Assembly: GCA_026770705.1 (NCBI GenBank)
Contig: JANJGN010000025.1
Span: 11,594,001 to 11,658,000, forward strand
Source of the DNA: Isurus oxyrinchus
Lineage: Eukaryota
Direction of reading: 5' to 3'
DNA length: 64,000 nt
In this document: one piece after another, positions 1 to 11,891 of the stretch
How the letters are laid out: every line of letters starts with the position of its first letter
Numbering within the stretch: the first letter of the stretch is position 1
Made by a program: the position numbers and the translations under genes
The notes under the pieces: generated by a model
Databases searched by the model: none
Seen by the model: only the letters and a program-made list of their open reading frames with translations
What the model was told of the DNA's origin: nothing

Positions 1-292
1 GCTGCTGAACAACCAGTAATGCGTGAATAGTTCAAATCGATATTTGTATGTTCAATTTTCCTTGTGTTGATCTTTGTTCCTTCCCACTATTTCACTTTTG
101 TTGGGGATCTCTTGCCATTGATTTTTTCCTTTTTGCTTGCGTTAATATGAAAAAAAGCATTTTAGATGCCTGTTCCTGAAACCAGATTTCTCCTCTGGAC
201 CAACTGACTCAACATCTTGGCTCTGGTATATTTGTACCCACTTGGGAGAGCCGAACCAGTTATATGTAATTTTCTTCACAATGCCATTGCAG

Positions 293-382
293 GTGCTGTT
301 GGATTTCATGGACAAAGCTGTGAAGTGGTACCATCTGATAAACCAGGGGGGAGTGTACAGACTGATTACACCAAAACAGCTG
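293..382 (+). CDS. CTC1: CTC1 internal coding exon (VLLDFMDKAVKWYHLINQGGVYRLITPKQL)
   Basis: ttgcAG|GTG acceptor and CTG|GTaaga donor; 90 nt, phase 0/0. Resembles recalled human CTC1 [27 protein letters not shown]. Confidence 0.85.
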
Positions 383-658
383 GTAAGAGAATCAAAAGCT
401 GCTATTTTGAGGAACATTAAAGCATAGAAAACAAAAGTCTTAACCTGTGGCAAAATTTAGAAGTTAGCATGCTGTTGCCTTTGGATTTTAGTTGGCTGCA
501 AAGGAATAGCATGAATTATGATAGTGTATTCTGACTCTTATTTTGCAGTAGTGAGTGGTTGAGGAAGTTAATTATGTTCAGTTATCACTTAAAAATCTGA
601 AAATATTTGCTGTGCTTAGTAGTTTGGAATGTTTGCAATCTTTCCCTTCATTATCCAG

Positions 659-802
659 GACACATCTGTTTTTGAGCGACGCTGTTGTTCCTCAGTTCCA
701 TGGAAGACTCTGCAGAGTTTGAATTGTCCGCTCAACCTTGTTGTTCAACCTGACTGGAAGTTTCAATATATTTCCACTCTATCCTGTTTACGCCAGTCCC
801 AG
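659..802 (+). CDS. CTC1: CTC1 coding exon (DTSVFERRCCSSVPWKTLQSLNCPLNLVVQPDWKFQYISTLSCLRQSQ)
   Basis: ttatccAG acceptor and CAG|GTgggt donor; 144 nt, in phase. Similar to human [33 protein letters not shown]. Confidence 0.82.
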
Positions 803-1248
803 GTGGGTCAGTAATTTGGAAATCAAGGAAAAGCAGAGATAAATTGGGTTTCCGTGCGACATTAGTCATGTCATTCAAAAATAACAATGGCTTGCAGAAA
901 TAATTTCTAGAGCATTGGAAAGTGGGGGTTTTGTAAGAGAAAGGTGTAGCTATGTGTAAAATATAATAATGCATTGTTACAGTACTCTGGGATCCACCTT
1001 GATAGTTAAAGATCACAGTTAATGTGACTGGCTATGAGAGATAATAAACGGAACAATGTTGCTTTGATATTTGAAAATAAAAGAGCCAATATCTTTCACT
1101 TTATAATTGTTGATGGCGATAAGAAAGGTTCCATGATTTTCATTGATTTATGTTTATAGAGCTTGTGTCGTTATTTCTGTTAATATTTTTGCCTTTGAGA
1201 TATAGTTCCCCATCAGGTTTTTTTTAACTGGTAAAATTTTGATTTCAG

Positions 1249-1343
1249 CTTTTCGAAAATCAGATAAACCTGCCTGCTTACCTTAAAAACTTGCCTTCAG
1301 AAATACCTCGTATAAATTCTATTCAAGAAATACTCTCTCATAG
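1249..1343 (+). CDS. CTC1: CTC1 coding exon (LFENQINLPAYLKNLPSEIPRINSIQEILSH-S)
   Basis: gatttcAG acceptor and AG|GTaagc donor; 95 nt. Its phase-2 end matches the next exon. Weak similarity to ESSLTDLLSD. Confidence 0.75.
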
Positions 1344-2559
1344 GTAAGCACAAAATGCACTCCTACATGTTGAGAACTGCCTTTTCCTGGCTGAACTTTT
1401 TCTTTGATTACTCCTTTGTCTCCTCTACTGAAGTTGGTGACTCATGCTAGACTACGGACTGCATTTTACATGCCCCTGCCAGGAGGGGGTGTGTGGGGGC
1501 ACATTAAATATGGCAGCTGCCTACCACCTACCTGCTCACCCCTATCGAATGGGTGTGTGGGCGCATGCTGAAAGAGGTAGCCCACCCTTCATATTTAAGA
1601 AGATTGTTGAGGACCAATCAGGCTTGTTACCAAGCCAATTTACCCCGATAATACGTAGCCGGTTTTTATAAACAAAATTTTCAAAGTGAGGGGGGTGTTC
1701 TATCTTGAGGGGCTGTCTCCCAAGATAGATACCCCCCCACCTACTATCTTCCTACCTATACACTGCATTAAACCCGGGGTCCGTTGGGCTGCATTCCTCC
1801 TCATTGCCGTGCCAACAACGCCTGCTGATGCGCTCATGGAGCTGGTGGCCAATCGGATTAGCTGGCAGCTCCCGAGGGTGGGAGTTCCTCCCTGTTGAGA
1901 GGTGGAAGTCCCCCACTGCTCCAATTGAGCCCATCCGCACCGTGTAATGGCAACAGGGTGGGCTGGTGTGGAGTGGGTTGGCTACACGCCGACTTTACAT
2001 TATGAAGCTGTCTGCCCCCCCCCACCACCCCACCCACCCACCCACCAACAAAACCTTGTAATATCCTGCCCCACAGTTCTACAAGTCACAAACCCAGTCT
2101 CTAAATTGCTATCTATTGCACGTAAGTTTAAACAGCAAGTGTAGATGGGCTTTTGGACTGTGGGCCATTGCAACTTTGTCCCTGTGCCCGATCAAACCTT
2201 GTATCATATGCGCTTTGAATAGGATCACTTGGCAGCAAAAGAAGTGGGATTCCCGGCCAATATTTTAAAAAAACTTCTTAGTGAATAAACACAAACCAGT
2301 CCTGTTGGCTCTGCTGTTTAAGACGCTTCTAATATGTTTTTGATTGGGCATTATTTATATTCGAAATTAAGAAGTTGCTGTGCACTGAAAGGATTATTCT
2401 GAAATGAATTTTGAGTTTTATTTTCACGCTTGAAATTTTGAAAGTTTTGCATAACGTTTTGCCAACTTCAAATAAGAGAGTTTAGCACACACCCTGTTTT
2501 AGAGAAACACAGCCTGTATGAGCTTGAATTAGTCTTCTAATATTTGGATGGTTTTGCAG

Positions 2560-2669
2560 TTTCACAGCATCGCTTGTCTCTTTCACTGGAATCATATTGG
2601 AAAGGATCTGCTATGAACCCAATAGAAGAGCCAATTTTGCAGCTGTTATAACTGATAAAAATACACAAG
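2560..2669 (+). CDS. CTC1: CTC1 coding exon (FTASLVSFTGIILERICYEP...)
   Basis: ttttgcAG acceptor and AAG|GTaaga donor; 110 nt. Matches human [20 protein letters not shown]. Confidence 0.88.
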
Positions 2670-3109
2670 GTAAGAATGTAGTAATATTCCAATCAGTATC
2701 AAATCTATTAGACATACTGTGTATTGCCAAAATTGGATTGTTCAACAGTTGGTTGATATACTGAAGCAATGTTGCGTCACAGTGATGGGATGCAGATGTG
2801 CGTCCAGCATTTCTCTCTGGTTGAAGCTAGGAATGAGATAATCAGGGAAGATGCCGAGAATAGGCTTTTTGTTTCATTAGTGGGAAAACAGGGTGTAAAT
2901 ATGAGACTGGTTATTGCTGTTGTGTATAGAAACACTGACAAAGGCTGAGGAATGGATCACCTGTTGGGTGGAGAATTGTTCCAGACAGCCATTTTGTGTG
3001 TTTCCCTGTTAGTAACAGTACTGAGTTGATGAGTATAAAAGATGTTTATTCCAACTTGACTGGTGATTTTATTTTATGTTTAACTTGTTTGCCTCTTGCT
3101 TAATTATAG

Positions 3110-3275
3110 GTATTTCTGTTCCTGGTGATTGGGGTTTGAAGTTACTTGTTGGAGACGTTCAAAATACTGCCATAACTCTGCACATCTATGTGGATCTCAA
3201 GCTGTTATCTTACACCCTTGGAATTTTACCAGGAGCCACGGTGGTGTTTTATGGTTTGGAGAGGACCACATCAAG
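3110..3275 (+). CDS. CTC1: CTC1 coding exon (GISVPGDWGLKLLV...LHIYVD...LGILPGATVVFYGLERTTSR)
   Basis: AG/GT boundaries; 166 nt, phase-consistent. LGILPGATVVFYGLER resembles human [20 protein letters not shown]. Confidence 0.92.
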
Positions 3276-4597
3276 GTTAGTATTCTATTTAGAAGCAAGC
3301 CATTCAGTCTCTTGAGCCAGCTCCACCATTCAGTTATATCCTGATTGGTTTGTACCTTAACTCCATTTACTTGCTTTAGCACCATGTCCTTTTGCTACCA
3401 TTACCATACAAAAACCTATCAATCTCTGTCATGAATATTTCAATTGTCCTACAATTTACAAACCTTTAGGGCGTAAGTTCTAGATTTTCCCCAACCCCGT
3501 GTGTGGAAAAAGTGCTTCCTGAATGGGCAAGTTCTAATTTTGAAAATAGGTCCCCTCATTCATGCCCCATTAGAGGAATAGTTTGTCTTTATTTACAGCA
3601 TTGAATCCTTTTAACATTTTAAACATCTTAGTCAGATCAGTTCTTTTAAACTCAAGGGAATACAAGCCAAATTTATGCAACCTGTCATAATTTTATTGCC
3701 TGACCTCTGGTATTCTGGATCCCTGTTGTACTGGCTCCAAAGCCAATATATGCTTCTTGAGGTGCGATGCTCAAAACAGAATGCAGAACTTCAAGGTTCT
3801 ATGCAACTGAAGCATTACTTCTTCCTTTTCATAATCCTCCCCTCTGCCCACCTTGAGATAAAGGTTGATATTCCATTAGCCTTCTTGGTTTTTATGCTAG
3901 TCTACAAGCTTTAAATGACTTAGGCGCTTGGACTTCCAAATCTATTTGCTCTTCTGCAATTCCTTGTCATTTAGCAAACACTGCAGTTCATCTTTCTTGG
4001 GTCCAAAGTGGGTGATGCCATACTTGCCCACATTAAAATCCTCCAACTGTCATAAATTTTCCCACTTATTTAACCCAAATTCATTTCATAGAAAACCCTT
4101 GCAGCCATCACAGTGTTGACATTTTCATTTCATCAGTCCTGCATGCATTAAGATTCAGGCCTCAGAGGTGGCCTTAATCACAGTGCCATTCAACTCTCAA
4201 AAGGGGGCCTTTGCAGGATTCGGGTGAATCCCCATGACTGAGAAAAATGTACATAAAATACTGCAGACCTGAAACAAAACGGAAAATGTTGGAAATGCTC
4301 AGCAGATAATACAGCATCTATGGAGAGAAGAAAGTAAGTTAACCTCATTTCAGTTCTACCACTGTTCATTTCTCTATAGGTGCTGCCTGACTTGCTGAAT
4401 ATTCCCAGAATCTCTCATTACTGAAAAATGGGTTTTTGTTTGATTTTTATTGCTTTTGACATCAATGCTAAATGTGTGCAATAATATTTTTAAAAGCGTC
4501 CTCAAATCCAATTGAATAAATTGAAGCCATCCAATCGAGTTAAGACAACATTTCAGAAAAATCCATTTCTGTTGCATCTTTCCAAACTGTTTTTCAG

Positions 4598-4675
4598 GCA
4601 CAACAATGTGTACTGCAAATATGTACCCTCGAGCAGTGTGTCTGTCCTTGCAATTCCTTCATTGGAGGCTCTAAG
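4598..4675 (+). CDS. CTC1: CTC1 coding exon (HNNVYCKYVPSSSVSVLAIPSLEAL)
   Basis: ttttcAG acceptor and AG|GTtggt donor; 78 nt. Resembles human [20 protein letters not shown]. Confidence 0.9.
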
Positions 4676-6710
4676 GTTGGTATTTTGATTCTCGCTTTGC
4701 TCATCTTGTGTGAAAGCTCAATGTACTAAAATGGAAGAATCTGTACATCCCTAGCAGTATTCAACTTTGCATTTCATGCAGACTTCCTAAGGGAATAAAC
4801 ATAGTGCAGTCTGTTCCAATTGGGGAAAGTATCACAAACCTTGGTGGTTGCTATTTAACTTCACAATATCTAGTATAGTTAATTTAGTAACACTTTCAGA
4901 AAAAGCTACTTTTTCCACATTGTGTTCCCTTAAACTTGGTCTAACAATGGGAAACAAAATCTTTTTGAATTGTTAGAAATTTAACCTGGGTTTTTCAGGC
5001 TCCATGTTGACTTGTAATTTCAGCCCCTCAATAATTTCTAAGGACTCAGTTTCTTAAGTTCACCCAGTTTCCCCTCGCACACCCACAGGTCTGTACTAGT
5101 TCCTCACCACCCAGCATAGAGAAACAAAGTGCCTTCACAGTCAAGCATTGGCCCCTGTCTGTCAATCCTTATGTCTTGCTGTGCACTATTCAAAAATTGA
5201 GGTAGGAGCGATGCAACTAAGTATCATTGCTACACTGTGTTCAGAGGGACAGAGTCACACCACTGGCAGTATCAAAGAGAGCTGCTGTTTATTTTACTAA
5301 GGTTAAAATATCTGGCTGCTACTGCCAGCAAATGGAAATTTGGGTCAGGAGTCTTGCTCCTCTTGCACTTTTGTCAATGTGGTGGTCGTGAGAAAGAAAA
5401 AGGACAGGAAAATAAATTGCAGGGTGGGGGAAGGGGGGAACAAAAGTTTGAGAGGAGGAAAATTCAACCCGTTTTCTTGGGAAAAAAAATCGAATTCAAG
5501 GTTGGTTTAAAAAGCCACTTTAAAGATGAGCTTGGCTTAAACAGAATGAAGTGCAAAGTCAGATTTAGAAATGCAAGTCTTAACAGGACCAACTGTCTGC
5601 AAAGCTACTTGAGTGAACAGCAGGAAGTTCTCACTTCTAGTGAGTTTCCATTATCCTATTCTGTGAAATTTCAAATGATATTTTTGATGCAATTAGCTTT
5701 AGTATCAAGGAGTAGGGTTGTTGCAATGGAAACAAGTAGAATTCTGTTGACACCTTTTTAAAAAAAAAAGTTGGGGTTCAAGACCCTTGCTGTACAACAT
5801 GACTAATCTGGGCTACGATGGTGAAAAAACAAATTTAAGACACATCGTCTGTTTACGAGAAAACATGGTGTTGTGGTTTCCTGCATCGTGGGTGAAATCC
5901 TGTGGATGCTTTTCTACATCCGTGTGTAAAATTTCTAATGCTGCTATTTTATCACAACTTATAATCACATTTAATTTAGGTGCACTAAAAATGAGCAGAT
6001 TAATCCGTGCATGAGAAGCCCATGGAGCGCTCTTAATCTCAACCTTGCTGCTTGGGAATGTAGGGTACAGATTGGAGGCTATCTGTTCCATCAAAAGATG
6101 CATGGAGATTGCCGCTCCAACCTCTAAGTCAGGAAATGAATAAACCTTGAGAGCATATCGTTTGCTCACCTGTTTGGTCTTGTGCAAGAAGAAAACAAAT
6201 TGTAAATATAATGGGCAGAGTGAAGCTCTACTGTCTCTTTTTGGATGCTAACTTGTCCCATTGTTGTCTCAAATTGAATTGTCTGATTTGGAAACTTCCG
6301 TTATTAATCGTTTAAATGGAGAATTAAAATTTGTCAATGCGATTCAATATCACAAGGTCACCATCTGTAAAGACAGGTTTTGACGTATTGGACCTGCTCA
6401 TTTCATCCTCATTTCTCATGAGGAATACTAACAAAATTTGCCGTTTGTACTTCCAACATTTTGATTTCAGATATTCAGCATCGCAGTTACTTTTATTTGA
6501 CAGTTGTGATTTGGTGATCTCATTTAAGCAGTCTTTTTTATTCATTCACACGCTGTGAGCTTCCCTGGCTGGGCCAGCCTTTATTGCCCATCCCTAGTTG
6601 CCCTTGAGAAAGGCGGTGGTGAGCTGCCTTCTTAAACCGTTGCTGTTAAATTTGAGATTAGTGACTTTAAGTTTCATTGTCTCATCTGAAACCGTTGGAC
6701 TTTTTTTCAG

Positions 6711-6888
6711 GTCTGCTTCCACTTTATCCATAAATACTGCTATTGCAGACATGCCTCAGCTATATCTTGGAAATTTAATTTCTGGGCGAGAGAATCACTT
6801 ACAGGGTATTGTTTACTGCCATGTGGTTAATATTCAGTGGCTGAAACTCCAGTGGGTTTGCAGTTGTTGCAGCAGCATTTTTAAACAG
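6711..6888 (+). CDS. CTC1: CTC1 coding exon with first half of the Zn-ribbon (…CHVVNIQWLKLQWVCSCCSSIFKQ)
   Basis: tttttttcAG acceptor and CAG|GTatgt donor; 178 nt. Resembles human [24 protein letters not shown]. Confidence 0.92.
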
Positions 6889-7565
6889 GTATGTTTTAAT
6901 TTTAAGTTAGAAATGACTAGATTCTCAGTTAGACATATTTGAACCCAAGTTGTTATGTAGAACAGAAAATGGGAGGATAAAAAACAGGTCTGTTAGCATC
7001 TTTAAAGGAAAATACAAGTTAACTAACTTGTAAGGGGTTTCCAGCTGAAGTGTTAAGCTGCCTTATACTAGGAAGATTCTATTTTCTTTCTGTGCCTAGA
7101 TTAAGCTGAGCTATTGCTATGCAATCCTGCATAGAATTCAGTTACAGAAAGTCAGTTTGATGTGTTCCTGGATAACAAGATGGAGTAAAAAATCACGCCG
7201 GGATATTTTTACTGTAATTCTCTGCAAATGATCTCTCCAGTGTGGGGAAAATATTTAATGTAACACACAAGGCATATCCAAAGACACACAACATGTGTAC
7301 CTAAACACTTGTATCACAAAGCAAATTATGTTGGAAATAATAACACATTGGGGCATCAAAATATAAAGTGAAGTTAAAAGCCAACATTTTCATGAATTTA
7401 GATAATATATCCAAATCTTTCTTGTAGTTCAGCATGAATCATAGAAAGTGTGTGTAGCTACAACAAAAAGATCAGATGCATTATTTTTCAAAAAGTAAAG
7501 TCTTGTAGATACATTTACAAAAATGCAACTGGAATGACAAGTTATTATTTAATTTCTATGGTTAG

Positions 7566-7630
7566 GACAAGTGCACAAGAATTTCTGGACCTTGTTTGTC
7601 TGCAGTTGGTGTATTTCGTGCTAATGCAAG
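7566..7630 (+). CDS. CTC1: CTC1 short coding exon (DKCTRISGPCLSAVGVFRANA-S)
   Basis: ttAG acceptor and AAG|GTaagc donor; 65 nt, bridging phase 0 to phase 2. Resembles human [22 protein letters not shown]. Confidence 0.88.
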
Positions 7631-8495
7631 GTAAGCATCAAGGATTAGGAACCAAAATGATCACCTCAAGAATCATTCTGTACTTTATTATGGTGATCAC
7701 CAAAACAAGTCCAAGAAGATCAGCAGTGTTTTACAAATTGGAATGTGTCTTGTGTGGGCGTGCTTATCCTTTCCTTTTTTACAGGTTCTTACACATGTTG
7801 TTTCAGTATGAAACATTCATTATTATGAAATAACAGGCAGAGTATTAGTTCATAATGTTTCCTATGTTAATTTATCCCAGTGATAGATGACTATTAACTA
7901 TAACTTATTGCTCCAAATTAATGCACTTGATGATCATTAGACAACATGTGCAGGTTGGAATACCCCATACCACAAAATGGTCACAACATTCATTCACTGG
8001 CGCATTTAGATTTGGGAAAACAATGGTTGCTTCATACTGTGGACTTGAATTTTGGCATCCATTTTTATACTACAATATCAGTGATGTTTTCTTGTTGCCC
8101 CATCTCCTTTCAAACTTTTGCTGTTCACTTTACGGAGCATCTTTTCCCACATGATCTTTCTTCAGTTAGAAGCTGGAAGTCATTTATTTGCATTATGACA
8201 AGTAAACAATATTTTTTCCTCTTGTCTGAGATGGTTAACTTCTTCAGTCTGATAGCTGCTTTTTGTCAGGAATTGACACAGCTGCAAGCACTTAACCCTA
8301 AAAACTTCTCCTTCCCTGCATTCATATTGAGTTGCATGATTTATTATATCGCCCATTCTCTTTTTGAGCACCTAGAAGTTGTGGAACTCCTTAGCTCTTG
8401 CTCCCCCTAACAATTTTAAGGCTTTTAATCCTCAAGCTTTGCATCAATAAATCACTTCTTTCTGATTTATTATCATCTCATTTTTCTCTTTAAGT

Positions 8496-9340
8496 TGTAC
8501 TGTGGGGAATAAGTTAATACAAATTAATGAACTGGTATAGAGTCCAAGTGAGATTACAGATGAATATTTTTTATTAGAAGTTTAGCTTGTAATTCTGCCC
8601 CACTTCTGAGAGAGCATTATAACTTCTCCACCAACAACTTTGCCTATGGAATTGGGCAATCACCTCAGTTTTTTAGTAATTCTGAAAACCCTTTTTGATC
8701 TGGGGCTTGTCAATACAAAATCACTTACAGTGGGTATTTAATTTTTTTGATTACTTGTTATCAGTGAGCAAATATATTTAAACCAATCTGCTCCAAGGTA
8801 ATATATTACACAGTCTCTTCTTTACCGCAAACATTTACTCTTGTCAGAAACAAACTGTTGAATTGGCAAGCATGCAGCAATACTGTTTGTAAACTATTAC
8901 TATTTAAATGCACTTTTCTTCAGAGGTCCACAAATATTTTTTGCATTTACTGCTAATTAGCACATGGCTGCATGCAAGTGTGCACCTGAGAAGGGATAAG
9001 GTGCAAGTTGGTGCAAAATTGCCATTTTAATTAAAAGTTTGAATCCATTCCTGACTAGCTGCAGTTTGCATTGTTAAGATTAACTTTTTGAAACATGACA
9101 AGGATGGGAAAGGAAGCCCTTGGAGCAGTTTGCTGCGTTTTTTGTGTTGGATTTTAATGTACTTGGGCCAATCACCTGAACATGCAGGTATCTGTTCCAA
9201 AGTTTCTGTGTACTGTGGGGAATAAGTTATTACAAATTAATCGACTGGTATAGAGTCCAAGTGAGATTACAGATAAATATTTTTTATTAGAAGTTTAGCT
9301 TGTAATTCTGCCCCACTTCTGAGAGCATTATAATTTCTCC
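8496..9340 (+). repeat. Local direct duplication of about 133 bp (8496-8629 and 9209-9340)
   Basis: Near-identical sequence tgtactgtggggaataagtt...ttctcc. Confidence 0.9.
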
Positions 9341-9379
9341 CTGTCACTTTCACAACATTCACCAAAGTTAACTCTATCA

Positions 9380-9960
9380 TGGGATCAGCCTCCTGCTCTC
9401 TTGATTTTCTCTTGACTTGATCTTTAGCACTGCACTACTCCCAACTTGGTAATCATTGATACAGTCAGGCGCTTGCCCCTCAGCCATTGTTCTTTCCATT
9501 TTTAAAAAACCCAGCTTCCTTCAAAAACCCATTGTTGACTCATCTGTCCTCCCACTGTCACCCATCTTCACCCTCCCTTTACTTCTTTGGTTCTGAAATG
9601 TGACATCACAGCCCGACTCCATGTTCACTTCCCTGTCTAATCTGTTCATGTTCTTTTACTCGAGTTTCTGCCTCACTCACAAGACTTCACATTGGTCTGT
9701 CACCAAGCACATGCTGTGTGACTGATCATGCACATTATACCTTTTTGGACCTACTGTATGTTTTGATACAGTTGGCCATACACTGACTCCATTGGCTGCT
9801 CTTTGTGGTCAGATACTGATCTCTTGTGGGTTCCATTTGTCTCTGTCCCAATGTTGTGGTACATTTTCTGTAATCACTCCTTTCTCCATATCCACACAGT
9901 CAATTCTAGTATAACTCAAGGCTTCAGTCTTTCTGCTCTGCGATGTTATCTGTATACATT
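9380..9960 (+). mobile_element. Degraded L2-like LINE fragment (appears to resume at about 11100-11340)
   Basis: Pyrimidine-rich sequence similar to the 19040-20240 copy. Confidence 0.5.
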
Positions 9961-11725
9961 GTTACGATCAAGTCCCTGTCTTCCATACCTGAGGTTGGTT
10001 ATAACCGAGTTTGAATATGCACTTGACTGTAAGTAAAGCTATTTGTAGAAATAAGCCAGCCAGATCTCTTGAATTAACAAGTAAGGAGTTAGTTTTATTG
10101 CAAAAAAGACTTTTTAATAATGTAAAGACATGTCCCGAATCCCATGACATATGCATACGCATACAAACTAGCATGTAAAACAGAACAAATTACAGGTTGG
10201 AGAAGGTGGCATTGGTAAGAGTTAAAGTGAGTAAGGGAAAATAAAACCTCCTATTGTTCCTTTGGTCTTGAAATTCCAGTGGCATTGTGGTTGATGTAAG
10301 CTAGTTGTTCTTCTGGAGACAGGCTCTTTTAAACTGTAATCCATCTTTTTCCAAAGTGGATACTATGGCACTTGGAAGTTCCTTTTCCTTAAAATTCTCT
10401 ATCACTGTGATGTATTCTAAAATGTAACAGAGATGGGCCCTGAACTTGAGAATAGTAGGGAGAGAGAAATGATACATCAGCTGGATTTTACTGGTGCCTT
10501 CAGCAGACTCTTATGCTGTAACAAACAGACAAGCTTATAATCATAGCTTTTCACAAGTGGTGTTCTAGATCATGTAACTGCTGTCATTGGCACATAATGG
10601 AGAACAATCGATATTGACAAAAGGGCTTTGATCTCCCATGGTCAAAGCCATCAAAATGCCATTGAAACAGATAAAGGGCCCTTAAATAAGTCCTGTAGGT
10701 CTTCCTTTGTTCTGGCTGTTTCTGGAGTCAGGAAGTCTGATGGCCTACTGCCCTTATGTTTTGCAGGAAGTTCAAACAATGTCAAGTATGAAGTCCATCA
10801 AGCAAACTGCCTAGACATGTCCCCTAGTAATCCAAGTTCAGAGGCTTCTAGAAACCTGGCCAATTTGTAGGTCAGGCGACTTCTGCAGCCATTTTAAAAC
10901 AGTGTCTTTGCAGTTTTAGCTGTTTCTTTTTTAAAAACAATCCAAGGCATTACACCTGCTAATGAAGCTATAATAATCCAAATTATGCATGACACATCAT
11001 TGTGACAATGTAGGGTCAGCTTTGATGTGTATGCTAACAAAGCACATATTCGTTGCCCCACAACTAATCTTGATTCCATGATTGTGAGGTGTTCTGTTGA
11101 CTGTATGGATAAGTTATGGATGTGCCAGTTCTTTTTATGACCCAACGTTGGTAAAATTGAAGCCGTCCTATCTGGCCCCTATAAGAAATGATATGCTCAA
11201 ACCCCTGATCCTGCCACTATCTAAAATCTGTTGAAGCTCAACCTGTAAGTGCACAATCTGAGATTTAAACTGCATTAACAATCCTTCGGCATAACTCCTG
11301 ACTTTCCATCTCTGAAACATCGCCTCTCTTCCTCCTCCCCAAATTTAACTGATGTCCCTGCTATAACGGTTTGCTTTTCAGTGCTGCAACCTTGAAGCTG
11401 TATGTTTTCTTAAGTTTCTGAAGTAACCAATTAAGACGCAGTTTCAGTTGCTGATCATATACAAACAGAATCATGAGGAAATTGAAGGCTGAGTTATGTC
11501 ACTATGTCACTAGCAAAACCCTGATAACCCATATGGCGCTTGTACTAGGATGTGGGGCCTTCCTAATAGAATAAGCTGTTCAACTTTTCCCATTCCAATT
11601 ACTGCTGGGCTTCTTGGCTAAATTTACTTCCTGGGTATACAGATTTGCACCAGGAGAAGAGTATTAGTGATTTACAGTGGCCAGTGAACTGACCTAGACT
11701 AATACTGGGAACTGTTCTGTTGCAG

Positions 11726-11891
11726 TGTTATTGTGGAGGATGGAACTGCAGAGGCACGAGTGCACTGTAAAGATAAACAGGTGGCAGACCTGCTGGCACT
11801 CAGCTCAACAGAGTGGGAAGGACTACAACAACACATTGGCCCACGGGGGAAGGTGTACTTTCAGTACCAGGGCCGCACTGGACACGAACTG
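11726..11891 (+). CDS. CTC1: CTC1 coding exon (VIVEDGTAEARVHCKDKQVADLLALSSTEWEGL...GKVYFQY)
   Basis: ttgcAG acceptor and CTG|GTaagt donor; 166 nt. Contains the characteristic VEDGTAEA motif of CTC1. Confidence 0.95.

Noticed and set aside
1455-2260. GC-richer block that looked like a CpG island or gene
   Set aside because: Intronic with no coherent ORF. Probably a non-autonomous repeat, but I could not define termini or a TSD.
5237-6187. 174-aa and 124-aa ORFs in a CTC1 intron
   Set aside because: No recognisable domain, and the CTC1 exon chain is phase-complete without them.
9960-10954. Possible solo LTR (TG...CA ends) interrupting an L2 fragment
   Set aside because: No target-site duplication found and no second copy in the window.
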